Below are positions 7,347-16,373 of a DNA stretch of 39,295 nt, piece by piece. Source of the DNA: Euzebyaceae bacterium (GTDB lineage Bacteria; Actinomycetota; Nitriliruptoria; Euzebyales; Egibacteraceae); assembly GCA_013696915.1 (NCBI GenBank), contig JACCXR010000411.1, positions 1 to 39,295 of the forward strand. Reading direction: 5' to 3'. The position numbers were made by a program, and so were the translations under genes. The notes beneath the pieces are model-generated. The model did no database searches and was not told the origin of the DNA. It saw only the letters and a list, made by a program, of their open reading frames with translations. Position 1 is the stretch's first letter. Each line of letters starts with the position of its first letter.

Positions 7347-8326
7347 CCGCCTGCTCCGGCGGTCGCGAGCACCCGGGTGAGCACGCGGCGGACCAGCTCG
7401 ACCTTGAACGCGTTCTGCTCGCGGGGCCGCGCGTCGCGGACCGCAGCCGACGCTGCCGCGGCGATGGTCGCCTCCGTCATCCGGGAGCCACGGAGCACAG
7501 CCTCGGCGGCTCGGGCGCGCCACGGGCGGGGCGCCACACCGCCGAGGGCCACCCGCGCCGTGCGGATCACTCCGCCGCGGACGTCGAGCGCGACGGCGGC
7601 CGAGACCAGGGCGAACTCGAAGGAGGCCCGCTCCCGCACCTTCAGGTAGCACGACCGGGCGGCGAACGACGTGGCCGGAAGCTCGACCGCGACGATCAGC
7701 TCACCATGCTCGAGCAGCGTCTCGCGCTCGGGCGTGGAGCCCGGCAGCAGGTAGAGGTCGTCGACCGGGATCGCGCGCTCTTTACGGGATCCACGGGTCC
7801 GCACCACGGCGTCGAGCGCGAGCAGTGCGACGGCCGGGTCGGACGGGTGCACCGCGATGCAGCGGTCGCTGCCGCCGAGGATGGCGTGCAGCCGGTGCTC
7901 GCCGTCGATCGCTGAGCAGCCCGTCCCGGGCGCGCGCTTGTTGCACGGTGTCACCGGATCGCGGAAGTAGCCGCAGCGGGTGCGTTGCAGGAGACTGCCG
8001 CCGACGGTGGCCATGTTCCGCAGCTGCGGCGAGGCCGCCGCGAGCACGGCGTGGGCGAGGGCCGGGAAGCGCCCGCGGACCGCGGGATGGTCGGCCACGT
8101 CACTGAGGCGCGTCAGCGCCCCGATCGACAACCCACCGTCCCGGATCTCCACGCCTGCGATCGGCAGCGCGTTGATGTCCACCAGGCGACTCGGCGCCAG
8201 CACGCCGTCCTTGAGCAGGCCGACGACGTCGGTCCCGCCGGCGAGGAGACATGCCCGGCCGTCTGCCTCCGCAAGGGCGATGGCGGCACCCTCGTCGGAG
8301 GGCCGCAGGTACTCGAGAGGCGCCAC
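7343..8326 (-). CDS. Molybdo-hydroxylase FAD-binding (medium, CoxM/XdhA-like) subunit
   Basis: GTG 8326 lies 2 nt after the small-subunit stop. The product MAPLEYLRPSDEGAAIALAEADGRACLLAGGTDVVGLLKDGV...ATVGGSLLQRTRC... shows the FAD-binding PCMH / CO dehydrogenase flavoprotein pattern. Confidence 0.88.
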   Translation of the reverse strand: MAPLEYLRPSDEGAAIALAEADGRACLLAGGTDVVGLLKDGVLAPSRLVDINALPIAGVEIRDGGLSIGALTRLSDVADHPAVRGRFPALAHAVLAAASPQLRNMATVGGSLLQRTRCGYFRDPVTPCNKRAPGTGCSAIDGEHRLHAILGGSDRCIAVHPSDPAVALLALDAVVRTRGSRKERAIPVDDLYLLPGSTPERETLLEHGELIVAVELPATSFAARSCYLKVRERASFEFALVSAAVALDVRGGVIRTARVALGGVAPRPWRARAAEAVLRGSRMTEATIAAAASAAVRDARPREQNAFKVELVRRVLTRVLATAGAGG

Positions 8327-8328
8327 GG

Positions 8329-8802
8329 CTACTGCGCGCCCGCGACGTCACGGATCGCAGCGACGATGTTCGGATACGCGCCACAGCGGCACAGGTTCCC
8401 GCTCATGAACTCGCGGATCTCCTGCTCGGACGTCGCCCGCCCCTCGGCGAGCAGGCCGATGGCAGACAGGATCTGCCCCGGCGTGCAGAAGCCGCACTGC
8501 AGCGCGTCGCGGCTGATGAACGCCTGCTGCAGGGGGTGCAGGTCAGTCCCGTCCGCGAGCCCCTCGACGGTGGTGACCGTCGCCCCGTCGTGCATGACCG
8601 CGAGGGTCAGACAGGCGTAGACGCGCCTGCCGTCGACCAGCACGGTGCAGGTCCCGCACTCCCCGCGGTCGCAGCCCTTCTTCGCACCGGTGAGGCCGAT
8701 CACCTCCCGCAGGGCGTCGAGCAGCGTGACGCGCGGATCAAGCGCCAGGGTGTGCTGGCAGCCATTGACGCTCAGGGTGATCTCGGTCCTCGTCACCGCC
8801 AC
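8329..8802 (-). CDS. (2Fe-2S)-binding small subunit (CoxS-like) of the molybdo-hydroxylase
   Basis: Two [2Fe-2S] Cys clusters are present: ...GCDRGECGTCTVLVDG...C... and ...QCGFCTPGQ...CRCGAYPNI. GTG start at 8802; the alternative GTG 8796 has AAGG 5 nt upstream. Confidence 0.9.
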   Translation of the reverse strand: MAVTRTEITLSVNGCQHTLALDPRVTLLDALREVIGLTGAKKGCDRGECGTCTVLVDGRRVYACLTLAVMHDGATVTTVEGLADGTDLHPLQQAFISRDALQCGFCTPGQILSAIGLLAEGRATSEQEIREFMSGNLCRCGAYPNIVAAIRDVAGAQ

Positions 8803-8821
8803 CTTCTTGCTGCCATCTTTC

Positions 8822-8834
8822 AGAATGTTATTCT
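8822..8834. promoter_or_regulatory. Operator-like perfect palindrome AGAAT-gtt-ATTCT in the divergent promoter region, overlapping -10-like hexamers on both strands
   Basis: Read directly. On the plus strand, TTGCTG (8807-8812)-N16-TATTCT (8829-8834) precedes the 8876 operon. On the minus strand, TAGAAT (8835..8830) lies ~28 nt upstream of the 8802 start. The same 13-mer family recurs at four other promoter regions. Confidence 0.55.
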
Positions 8835-8875
8835 ACCGACTCGCTGCCAGCTCAACTTCCGGAGCAAGCCCGACG

Positions 8876-9253
8876 ATGAAGACCCCACGCGAGATCGCCG
8901 AGTCGTACTGGCGTGCCGAGTGCGCTCGCGACCTTCCGACCGTGCTCGAGCACTACCACCCGGAGGCCGTCGTCTACCCGCCGTCCGGTCCGCCGCTGCG
9001 GGGTCGGGAGCAGATCGCGACCTTCTACGTCGACGAGATGCGCGACTACCCGGGACTCGAGGTCGACATCGTCCACGAGATCGGCAGCGGCGACGAGGCC
9101 GCTCTGGAATGGGAGGCGGTGCTGACCGACCATGAGGGCGTCCGCCATCCGTTCCGCGGGGTGAACATCGTGCGGACGAGCGAGGGGATGCTCAAGGCCG
9201 TCCGGGCCTACTTCGATCCGGCGGCGATCGAGCAGATCGACCAGTCCGGATGA
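8876..9253 (+). CDS. SnoaL-like / NTF2-fold protein
   Basis: ATG 8876. The product is MKTPREIAESYWRAECARDLPTVLEHYHPEAVVYPPSGPPLRGREQIATFY...EAALEWEAVLTD...GVNIVRTSEGMLKAVRAYFDPA, the typical SnoaL-like polyketide-cyclase-fold pattern. The stop overlaps the next start (ATGA 9250-9253). Confidence 0.75.
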   Translation: MKTPREIAESYWRAECARDLPTVLEHYHPEAVVYPPSGPPLRGREQIATFYVDEMRDYPGLEVDIVHEIGSGDEAALEWEAVLTDHEGVRHPFRGVNIVRTSEGMLKAVRAYFDPAAIEQIDQSG

Positions 9254-10584
9254 GCGACCGCTACGAGCGTTCCCGAGCCCAGCAGGAGCGGGCCCGCCGA
9301 TCCCTGGCCGGTGGCGTGGCCACCGCCTACCGCGCGCCGCAGCGACCCCTGCCCATCAGCTTCGCGCGGGGGCGCGGTTCGGGGCTGACCGACGTCGACG
9401 GCAACGAGTACGTCGACTACGCGCTGGCGTTCGGCCCCATGCTCCTCGGGCACTCGCCGGAGACGGTGGTCCGAGCGGTCCGACAGCAGCTGGCCACCGG
9501 CATCGGCTACGGCGCCTGCCACACGGTCGAAGCCGAGCTCGCCGAGGCCGTCTGCCGTACCGTGCCCTGCGCAGAGCTGTGCGTGTTCTCCAACAGCGGC
9601 AGCGAGGCGGTGCACGCCGCGCTGCGGATCGCCCGGGCCGCGACGGGACGCAACCGGGTCATCAAGTTCCTCGGCCACTTCCACGGCTGGCTGGATCCGC
9701 TCGCCGTCGGCATCCCCGGGCTGCGCGACGCCAGCCCCGCCACCGGAGGGCAGGATCCCCTTGCGTCATCAGCCGTCACGGTGTGCCCATGGAACGATCT
9801 CGACGCGCTGCGCGCGGCGATGGGCGACGACGTGGCAGCCGTCATCATGGAGCCGTTCGCTGTCAACGGCGGCTGTCTCTTCCCCGACCCCGGCTACCTG
9901 TCCGAGGTACGCCGACTCACCGAGCAAGCCGGGGCGCTGCTCATCTTCGACGAGGTCATCACGGGATTCCGGCTCGCTCTGGGTGGCGCCCAGCAGCGCT
10001 TCGGGGTCGTCCCCGACCTCGCGGTGTTGGGCAAGGCCATGGGCGCCGGCTTCCCGATCAGCGCCGTGTGCGGGCGCGCGGAGGTCATGGACGAGGTCGT
10101 GTCCGCTCGTGTCCGCCACGTGGGGACCTTCAACGCCAACCCGGTCTGCGCGACGGCCGCACTGGCGGCGATCACCGAACTGGAGCGCGATGCCGGCCAC
10201 CTGTACCCCCGCCTCGAGCAGCTCGGCTCCCGACTTGCCGACATCTTCCGGGTGGAGGCCACCGACGCCGGGCTGCCACTGGTCGTGAACCAGCTGGGCG
10301 GCATGGCGCACGCCTTCTGCAGCGACGGCCCTGTCGCCAGCCACGAGGACACCCTGCGCACGGACGCCGCCGCCTACCGGAGCTTCGCCGGGGCGCTGCT
10401 GGATGAGGGCGTGCACGTGATCTCCCGGGGGCTGCTGTACGTCTCCACCGTCCACGAGGACACCGATCTGGACCGGACACGAGAGGCCGTCGGGAAGGCG
10501 GCAGCGGCCACCGCGGCCGTTCTCGCGGAGCCGACGACCATGCGAGACACCGAAGCCATGGACGCCACAGGCGCACGCAGATGA
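9250..10584 (+). CDS. Class-III PLP aminotransferase (glutamate-1-semialdehyde 2,1-aminomutase-like)
   Basis: Motifs: ...GGVATAYRA...VDGNEYVDYALAFGPMLLGHSP...FSNSGSEAVHAALRIARAATGR..., ...IFDEVITGFRLALGGAQ..., ...VLGKAMGAGFPISAV (Schiff-base Lys context). Confidence 0.85.
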   Translation: MSDRYERSRAQQERARRSLAGGVATAYRAPQRPLPISFARGRGSGLTDVDGNEYVDYALAFGPMLLGHSPETVVRAVRQQLATGIGYGACHTVEAELAEAVCRTVPCAELCVFSNSGSEAVHAALRIARAATGRNRVIKFLGHFHGWLDPLAVGIPGLRDASPATGGQDPLASSAVTVCPWNDLDALRAAMGDDVAAVIMEPFAVNGGCLFPDPGYLSEVRRLTEQAGALLIFDEVITGFRLALGGAQQRFGVVPDLAVLGKAMGAGFPISAVCGRAEVMDEVVSARVRHVGTFNANPVCATAALAAITELERDAGHLYPRLEQLGSRLADIFRVEATDAGLPLVVNQLGGMAHAFCSDGPVASHEDTLRTDAAAYRSFAGALLDEGVHVISRGLLYVSTVHEDTDLDRTREAVGKAAAATAAVLAEPTTMRDTEAMDATGARR

Positions 10585-11348
10585 GGTTGGGCGGCAAGGT
10601 CGCGATCGTCACGGGAGCCGGAGGAGGAATCGGGAGCGCGACCGTGAGACGGTTCGCGGAGGAGGGGTCGAAGGTGGCGTGCGTCGACATCGACGGCGAC
10701 GCAATCGCCGCGTTGGTCGACGCGATCACAGCGGAGGGGGGTGACGCCATCGCGATCCCCGCGGACGTGTCGACGCGGGAGGGCAACCGCCGGATGGTCG
10801 ACGAGACGGTAGCGCACTTCGGTGGCCTCGACGTCTTGCACGCCAACGCCGCCGTCCAGGTGATGGGACGGCTCGAGGACACGCCGGAGGAGAGCTGGGA
10901 CAGGCTCGAGGCGACCAACCTGCGGGGCGTCTACCTGGGCATCGCGGAGGCGCTGCCCAGCCTGCGCGAGCGCGAGGGCGGGTCGGTCATCGTGACCGCG
11001 TCGCTCCTGGGCATCGTCGGCGATGCCGACATGCCGGCCTACGGCGCCATGAAGGGCGGCCTGCGTGCGCTGTGCCGCTCCATCGCCACCGCGCACGGAC
11101 CCGAGAACATCCGCTGCAACACGATCTGTCCCGGGGACGTCGACACCCCGATGAACATCGACTTCTTCGAGCATCAAGCAGATCCTGTGGCGGCACGCGA
11201 GGAGGTGACCCGGCGGTATCCGTTGCGTCGGTTCGCCACGCCTGACGACGTCGCCAACGTCGCCGTGTTCCTCGCCTCGGACGAGGCCAGCTACATCAGC
11301 GGCATCGACATCGTCGTCGACGGCGGTCTGCTCGCCCGCATCTACTAG
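10581..11348 (+). CDS. Short-chain dehydrogenase/reductase (SDR)
   Basis: ATGA overlap with the upstream stop. Rossmann motif [18 protein letters not shown], and catalytic Y-x3-K (YGAMKGG). Confidence 0.9.
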   Translation: MRLGGKVAIVTGAGGGIGSATVRRFAEEGSKVACVDIDGDAIAALVDAITAEGGDAIAIPADVSTREGNRRMVDETVAHFGGLDVLHANAAVQVMGRLEDTPEESWDRLEATNLRGVYLGIAEALPSLREREGGSVIVTASLLGIVGDADMPAYGAMKGGLRALCRSIATAHGPENIRCNTICPGDVDTPMNIDFFEHQADPVAAREEVTRRYPLRRFATPDDVANVAVFLASDEASYISGIDIVVDGGLLARIY

Positions 11349-11373
11349 CTGGCCACTTCGAGGTGACATCCAG

Positions 11374-13056
11374 ATGAACGCCACACCGCAGACGGACCGC
11401 AGGCTGCCCAGTCGCACCATGTACGAGGGTCGCGGTCGCGCCGCAGCACGGGCGTATCTCCACGGGACCGGGTTCTCGCCGGAAGACCTGCGCAAGCCCA
11501 TCATCGGCGTGTCGCACGCGTGGATCGAGACCATGCCGTGCAACCTCAACCACCGCGACCTCGCGCAGCAGGTGAAGCGCGGGGTCCGCAGCGCCGGTGG
11601 CACGCCGATGGAGCTGAACACGATCGCCATCTCGGACGGGGTGACGATGGGCACCGAGGGGATGAAGGCCTCCCTGGTGAGTCGCGAGCTGATCGCCGAC
11701 TCCATCGAGCTGGTCGCGAGAGGCCACATGTTCGACGCACTGGTCTGCATCGTCGCGTGCGACAAGACGGTCCCCGCTGCGGCGATGGCGCTGGCACGAC
11801 TGGACCGTCCGGGGCTGGTCCTCTACAGCGGGACCATCCTTCCCGGCCGCTTCCGCGGCCGTGACGTGACCATGGGGGAGGTGTTCGAGGCGATCGGCTC
11901 GGTTGCCGCCGGGCTGCTCGCCGAAGAGGATCTCGCGGAGATGGAGCTGGTAGCGTGCCCGGGAGCGGGCGCCTGCGGCGGTCAGTTCACCGCCAACACG
12001 ATGTCGATGGTCATGGAGGTCATCGGGCTCTCGCCGGTGGGGTTCAACTCGATTCCCGCCGTCGGGACGGCGAAGATGGACGCAGCGGAACGGGCGGGGG
12101 CAACGATCATGTCCGTGCTCGACAACGACCTCCGGCCCAGCCAGATCCTCACCCGGCCGGCGTTCGAGAACGCGGTGGCGGCGGTGGCGGCCAGTGGGGG
12201 ATCCACGAACGCGGTCCTGCACCTTCTGGCGCTGGCCAGGGAGGTGGGAGTCGGGCTCACGCTCGAGGACATCGACCGCATCAGCCGGCGGACCCCCTTG
12301 CTGTGCGACCTGCTTCCCGGCGGGCGCTTCGCCGCAGCGGACCTGCACGCCGCCGGCGGCATCGGACTGCTGACCCAGCGGCTCATCAAGGGCGGGTACG
12401 TCGACGGATCGGCGATGACGGTCACCGGGCGCACCCTCGGCGAGGAGGTGGCAGAGGTGTCCGAGACGCCCGGCCAGGAAGTCGTCGTCGCCCTGGACCA
12501 CCCCCTTCGTCCTGAGGGTGGGCTCGTCATTCTCAAGGGCAACCTCGCTCCTGAGGGATCGGTCGTGAAGATCACCGCACACACTCTGACGTCCCATGCG
12601 GGCCCGGCGCGCGTGTTCGATCGCGAGGAGGACGCGTACGACGCCGTCATCGGCGGGCAGATCAAGCCGGGGGACGTCGTCGTGATCCGCTACGAGGGCC
12701 CGCGTGGCGGTCCCGGCATGCGTGAGATGCTGTCGGTCACCGGCGCCATCCTCGGCGAGGGACTGGGTGGCTCGGTCGCCCTGATCACCGACGGCCGCTT
12801 CAGCGGTGCCACGAACGGCTTCATGGTCGGCCACCTCGCGCCCGAGGCCGCGGTGGGAGGACCGATCGCCGGGCTGCGCGACGGCGACGTCATCCGCCTC
12901 GACGTCGCGACGCGCACGGTCGAAGCCCCCGAGGTCGACTTCGCCGAGCGCCTGCGCGACTGGGCGCCGCCCGAGCCACGGTACGCGACCGGTGTGTTCG
13001 CCAAGTACCGGACGCTCGTCGGCTCGGCCAGCACAGGGGCCACCACCGGTCCGTAG
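11374..13056 (+). CDS. ilvD: IlvD/Edd-family dehydratase (dihydroxy-acid dehydratase-like, 560 aa)
   Basis: GAGGTGA RBS upstream of ATG 11374. Family motifs: ...[24 protein letters not shown]..., ...[14 protein letters not shown]..., ...[16 protein letters not shown]..., ...[14 protein letters not shown]..., ...[16 protein letters not shown]..., ...TDGRFSGAT. The catabolic operon context suggests a paralogue rather than the housekeeping enzyme. Confidence 0.8.
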   Translation: MNATPQTDRRLPSRTMYEGRGRAAARAYLHGTGFSPEDLRKPIIGVSHAWIETMPCNLNHRDLAQQVKRGVRSAGGTPMELNTIAISDGVTMGTEGMKASLVSRELIADSIELVARGHMFDALVCIVACDKTVPAAAMALARLDRPGLVLYSGTILPGRFRGRDVTMGEVFEAIGSVAAGLLAEEDLAEMELVACPGAGACGGQFTANTMSMVMEVIGLSPVGFNSIPAVGTAKMDAAERAGATIMSVLDNDLRPSQILTRPAFENAVAAVAASGGSTNAVLHLLALAREVGVGLTLEDIDRISRRTPLLCDLLPGGRFAAADLHAAGGIGLLTQRLIKGGYVDGSAMTVTGRTLGEEVAEVSETPGQEVVVALDHPLRPEGGLVILKGNLAPEGSVVKITAHTLTSHAGPARVFDREEDAYDAVIGGQIKPGDVVVIRYEGPRGGPGMREMLSVTGAILGEGLGGSVALITDGRFSGATNGFMVGHLAPEAAVGGPIAGLRDGDVIRLDVATRTVEAPEVDFAERLRDWAPPEPRYATGVFAKYRTLVGSASTGATTGP

Positions 13057-13076
13057 CGCCCCGCTTCGAGCGGACC

Positions 13077-13973
13077 ATGGATGTCGCGGTCGACGTGGAC
13101 CACCTCATGCTCGGTGTGTCCGACCTCGACGCGGCGGGTGCGAGCTTCGAGCGGCTCGGCTTCACCGTCACTGCGCGCAGCGAGCACACGGTGATGGGAA
13201 CGGCCAACCGGTGCGTGATGCTCACGTCCGGGTCTCCCGACATCGCCAACTACGTCGAGCTCATGGCCGTCACCGGCCGGGACCGACTTCCCCAGCGGCT
13301 CACCGAGGTCCTGGGCGGCCCCGAGGGCGTGAAGGCTGTCGTGCTCGCCACCCGCGACGCGAACGCTTCGGCGACTGCGCTGGCCGCTCGCGGACTCGGA
13401 ACCGCTGCGGTCTTCAGCTTCGACCGGATGATCGAGCTGCCCGACGGCGACGAGGCGATGCTGGCGTTCACGGTGGCGATGCTTCCGTCATCGGCTGCGC
13501 CCGTCCCGACCATCGTGTGCGCGCACCACACGCTGGCGACGCTCACGCAGCGGGAATGGCAGCACCACGTCAACGGCGCGCAGCGGCTGACCGGCTGCAC
13601 GATCGTCGCGACCGCCCCCGCAGCGGTCGCCGCCAGGCTCGAGCAGTTGCTCGGCGTCGCGGCGCACGTGGAGCCCGACGGTGGTCGTGCTGTGCGCTGC
13701 GGTCAGGTCACGCTTCGCATCGTCACTCCCGACGTTCTGCGTCGCGTCTACCCTGGACTCGAGCTCGATCCGGCACGACCCCTGCCGTACGTGCTCGGGT
13801 TGGCGGTCGCTGTGACCGAGATCCGCCAGACCGAGGACCATCTCCGCCGTGCCGGAGTGCCGTGCGTCGTGAGCACGGCGGGCACGGCCGTCTCCGTGAT
13901 GCCGCAGCATGCGCACGGTGCGTTGCTCGAGTTCGAGCGGGCCGTCCCACGCCTCCGGGGTGGCCGTCTCTAG
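13077..13973 (+). CDS. VOC-family protein with glyoxalase-like domain
   Basis: The N-terminus VDHLMLGVSDLDAAGASFERLGFTVTARSEHTVMGTANRCVML...NYVELMAV matches the glyoxalase-like (Glyoxalase_3) pattern. Start ATG 13077, stop TAG 13971-13973. Confidence 0.7.
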   Translation: MDVAVDVDHLMLGVSDLDAAGASFERLGFTVTARSEHTVMGTANRCVMLTSGSPDIANYVELMAVTGRDRLPQRLTEVLGGPEGVKAVVLATRDANASATALAARGLGTAAVFSFDRMIELPDGDEAMLAFTVAMLPSSAAPVPTIVCAHHTLATLTQREWQHHVNGAQRLTGCTIVATAPAAVAARLEQLLGVAAHVEPDGGRAVRCGQVTLRIVTPDVLRRVYPGLELDPARPLPYVLGLAVAVTEIRQTEDHLRRAGVPCVVSTAGTAVSVMPQHAHGALLEFERAVPRLRGGRL

Positions 13974-13980
13974 GACGCGT

Positions 13981-15198
13981 CTAGGCCAGGTACGACAGCG
14001 CCACCGCCGCATGCAGTGCGATGCCGGTCGCCATGGCGTCTTCGTTCAGCACCATCCGGTTGGAGTGGTTGGGCGCCGGCTGCTTCGCTCCGGGGGGTGC
14101 GGTGCCCAGAAAGGCCATCGCTCCGGGAACGCGCTCGAGGACGTAGGAGAAGTCGTCCGCGGCCATCACGGGGTCCGCCACCACCTCGACCGCGTCAGAA
14201 GCCACCACCGCACGAGCCACGTCGAGCGCCCACGGTGCGAAGCGCTCGTCGTTGCGCGTGGGTGGGTAGCCCTCCTCGACGTCGACGTCGCAGGTGAGTC
14301 CGTGAGCGGCGGCGATCCCGACGGCAACCTCGCGAATGCGCCGCCAGAGCGCCTGGCGGGTCGTGGCCGACAGCGCGCGGACCGTGCCGACCAGCGTCGC
14401 CGTCTCCGGGATCACATTGTGCGCGGTGCCCGCCTCGACCGTCGCGATCGTCACGACGGCCGGATCGAAGATGTCGATGCGCCTCGTGACCAACGACTGC
14501 AGCGCCAGCACGGCCTCGCATGCGGCAGGAATCGGGTCCAGCGCCAGGTGCGGCTGCGATGCGTGCCCGCCCCGGCCGCGGAAGCGGATCCTCACGACGT
14601 CCGCCGACGCGAGGAACGGCCCGGGACGGCTGGTCACCATCCCACAGGCGAGCACGGGCGAGCTGTGCAGCGCGAAGGCGGCGTCCACCGCCGGGTTCTC
14701 CAACAGCCCCTCCTCGATCATGTCACGGGCGCCGTGGTAGCCCTCCTCCCCAGGTTGGAACATGAAGCGGACATTCCCGTTCAGCCGGGCGCAGTGACGG
14801 GCCAGCAGCTGCGCCGCACTCACCAGCATCGCCGAGTGCGCGTCGTGGCCGCAGGCGTGCATGACGCCGTCACGTTCCGACGCGAAGTCCAGGCCCGTGT
14901 CCTCCGCCAGCGGCAACGCGTCCATGTCCGCCCGCAGCAGGATCGTGGGTCCGGGCCGCGCGCCGGCGAGCGTGGCGACGACCGAGGAGCACTGCGCGCC
15001 CACTGCGACATCGAGGGGAAGCCCGCTGAGGCCCTCCAACACGGCGCGCTGCGTGTCCGGTAGGTCCAGACCCACCTCGGGGCGCCGATGGATCTGTCGA
15101 CGGAGCGCCACCGCTTCTGGAAGCAGGGTCCTCGCCTCCCGCAGCAGGCCCGAGAGCAACGACGGATCGGGCGCTGGGGTCTGGCGGTTGACTGTCAC
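13981..15198 (-). CDS. M20-family amidohydrolase (N-acyl-amino-acid / hippurate hydrolase-like)
   Basis: GTG 15198 has GAGGA 7 nt upstream. Motifs: ...IHRRPEVGL..., ...LLRADMDALPL..., ...MHACGHDAH..., ...FMFQPGEEG... Confidence 0.88.
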   Translation of the reverse strand: MTVNRQTPAPDPSLLSGLLREARTLLPEAVALRRQIHRRPEVGLDLPDTQRAVLEGLSGLPLDVAVGAQCSSVVATLAGARPGPTILLRADMDALPLAEDTGLDFASERDGVMHACGHDAHSAMLVSAAQLLARHCARLNGNVRFMFQPGEEGYHGARDMIEEGLLENPAVDAAFALHSSPVLACGMVTSRPGPFLASADVVRIRFRGRGGHASQPHLALDPIPAACEAVLALQSLVTRRIDIFDPAVVTIATVEAGTAHNVIPETATLVGTVRALSATTRQALWRRIREVAVGIAAAHGLTCDVDVEEGYPPTRNDERFAPWALDVARAVVASDAVEVVADPVMAADDFSYVLERVPGAMAFLGTAPPGAKQPAPNHSNRMVLNEDAMATGIALHAAVALSYLA

Positions 15199-15233
15199 GG
15201 ACGTGTCCTCGCTACTGGTGCACCCGGGTAGGT

Positions 15234-15258
15234 TAGAATAGGTTTCTCCAATACAGAA
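15234..15258 (+). promoter_or_regulatory. Bipartite operator/-10 element TAGAAT-agg-TTTCT-N6-CAGAA
   Basis: Read directly. Core AGAATaggTTTCT lies at 15235-15247, and the second element CAGAA starts exactly 20 nt after the T of TAGAAT. It sits between the divergent 15198 (minus) and 15291 (plus) starts. Confidence 0.5.
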
Positions 15259-15290
15259 CGCTCTCAGGGGTTGCGGAGCCAGCGGATGGG

Positions 15291-16325
15291 ATGAGCGCCC
15301 AGGTGGATACTGAGGTCATCGTCGTCGGTGCCGGGGTCGTGGGCCTTGCCACGGCCCGCGCGCTCGCCCAGCTCGGTCGCGACGTGATCGTGCTGGAACG
15401 CCATGCGATCGGTCACGACGGCGCCTCGAGCCACGGGCGGTCGCGCATGTTCCGCTTCTCCTACCCCGAGCAGCTCTGGGTGCAGCGTGCGCAGGAGGCA
15501 CTTCCGCTCTGGCGCGCACTCGAGGCGGAGGCCGGAGAGCCGCTGCTGAAGTCCACGGGCTCGCTCGACCTCGGCGCGGTGGAGGGGCAGCGAGCCGCGC
15601 TCGCGGCCTGCGGGGCACGCTTCGAGCTGTTGAACGGGGGAGAGGTCGGGAGCCGCTGGCCGATCACGGTTACGGGCGGCGTGCCGGCGCTGTTCCAGCC
15701 CGACGGGGGCATGTTGCGTGCCGACGCCGTCGTTCAGGCATTGCTCGCCTCGGCGACGTCTGCGGGGGCGCGCGTCCTCGAGGAAACGGCAGCTGACGCG
15801 ATCGAGAGCGACCCCGCGGGTGTGCGGGTGGGCGACCTCCGTGCCGGGGTGGCGGTCGTCGCGGCTGGCGCGTGGACGCCCTCACTCGTCGCGCTCGACG
15901 CGCAGCCGACGCGGGAGACGAGCACCTACCTCTCCCTCGTTGGCGAGGGCGAGGAGCTTCCGGTCGTGATCGACACGACGACCACCTCGCAGACGGGGTT
16001 CGAGGCCTATGGGGTCGTCTCACCGGGCGAAGGGCTCAAGGCCGGGCTCCACGGCTCGGGCCAGCCGGCCGACCCCGACGAGCGAGGGGACCCGGACGAG
16101 GTGATCGTTGCCCAGACAGCTGCCTGGGCAACGCGACGCTTCCGTGACGCGTCCCCGGAGGTGCTGCGGGCCGAGACGTGCCTCTACACCAACATCGCCG
16201 ACGAGCGCTTCGTGGTCGAGCGGCGGGGACGCATCGTCGTCGGCTCGGCGTGCAGCGGCCACGGGTTCAAGTTCGCCCCGCTCGTCGGCGCCCAGCTCGC
16301 CGCACTTGCCGTGGAGACGCTGTGA
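15291..16325 (+). CDS. FAD-dependent amine oxidase of the monomeric sarcosine oxidase / N-methyltryptophan oxidase (MSOX/SolA) type
   Basis: Dinucleotide fold EVIVVGAGVVGLATA. Also ...ETCLYTNIADERFVV... (context of the covalent-FAD Cys in MSOX-type enzymes) and ...SGHGFKFAPLVG. Confidence 0.8.
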   Translation: MSAQVDTEVIVVGAGVVGLATARALAQLGRDVIVLERHAIGHDGASSHGRSRMFRFSYPEQLWVQRAQEALPLWRALEAEAGEPLLKSTGSLDLGAVEGQRAALAACGARFELLNGGEVGSRWPITVTGGVPALFQPDGGMLRADAVVQALLASATSAGARVLEETAADAIESDPAGVRVGDLRAGVAVVAAGAWTPSLVALDAQPTRETSTYLSLVGEGEELPVVIDTTTTSQTGFEAYGVVSPGEGLKAGLHGSGQPADPDERGDPDEVIVAQTAAWATRRFRDASPEVLRAETCLYTNIADERFVVERRGRIVVGSACSGHGFKFAPLVGAQLAALAVETL

Positions 16326-16373
16326 GGGCGACGCGATTCCCGGCGAGCCGGCTCGCGTCGGCGCCCACGGTCG

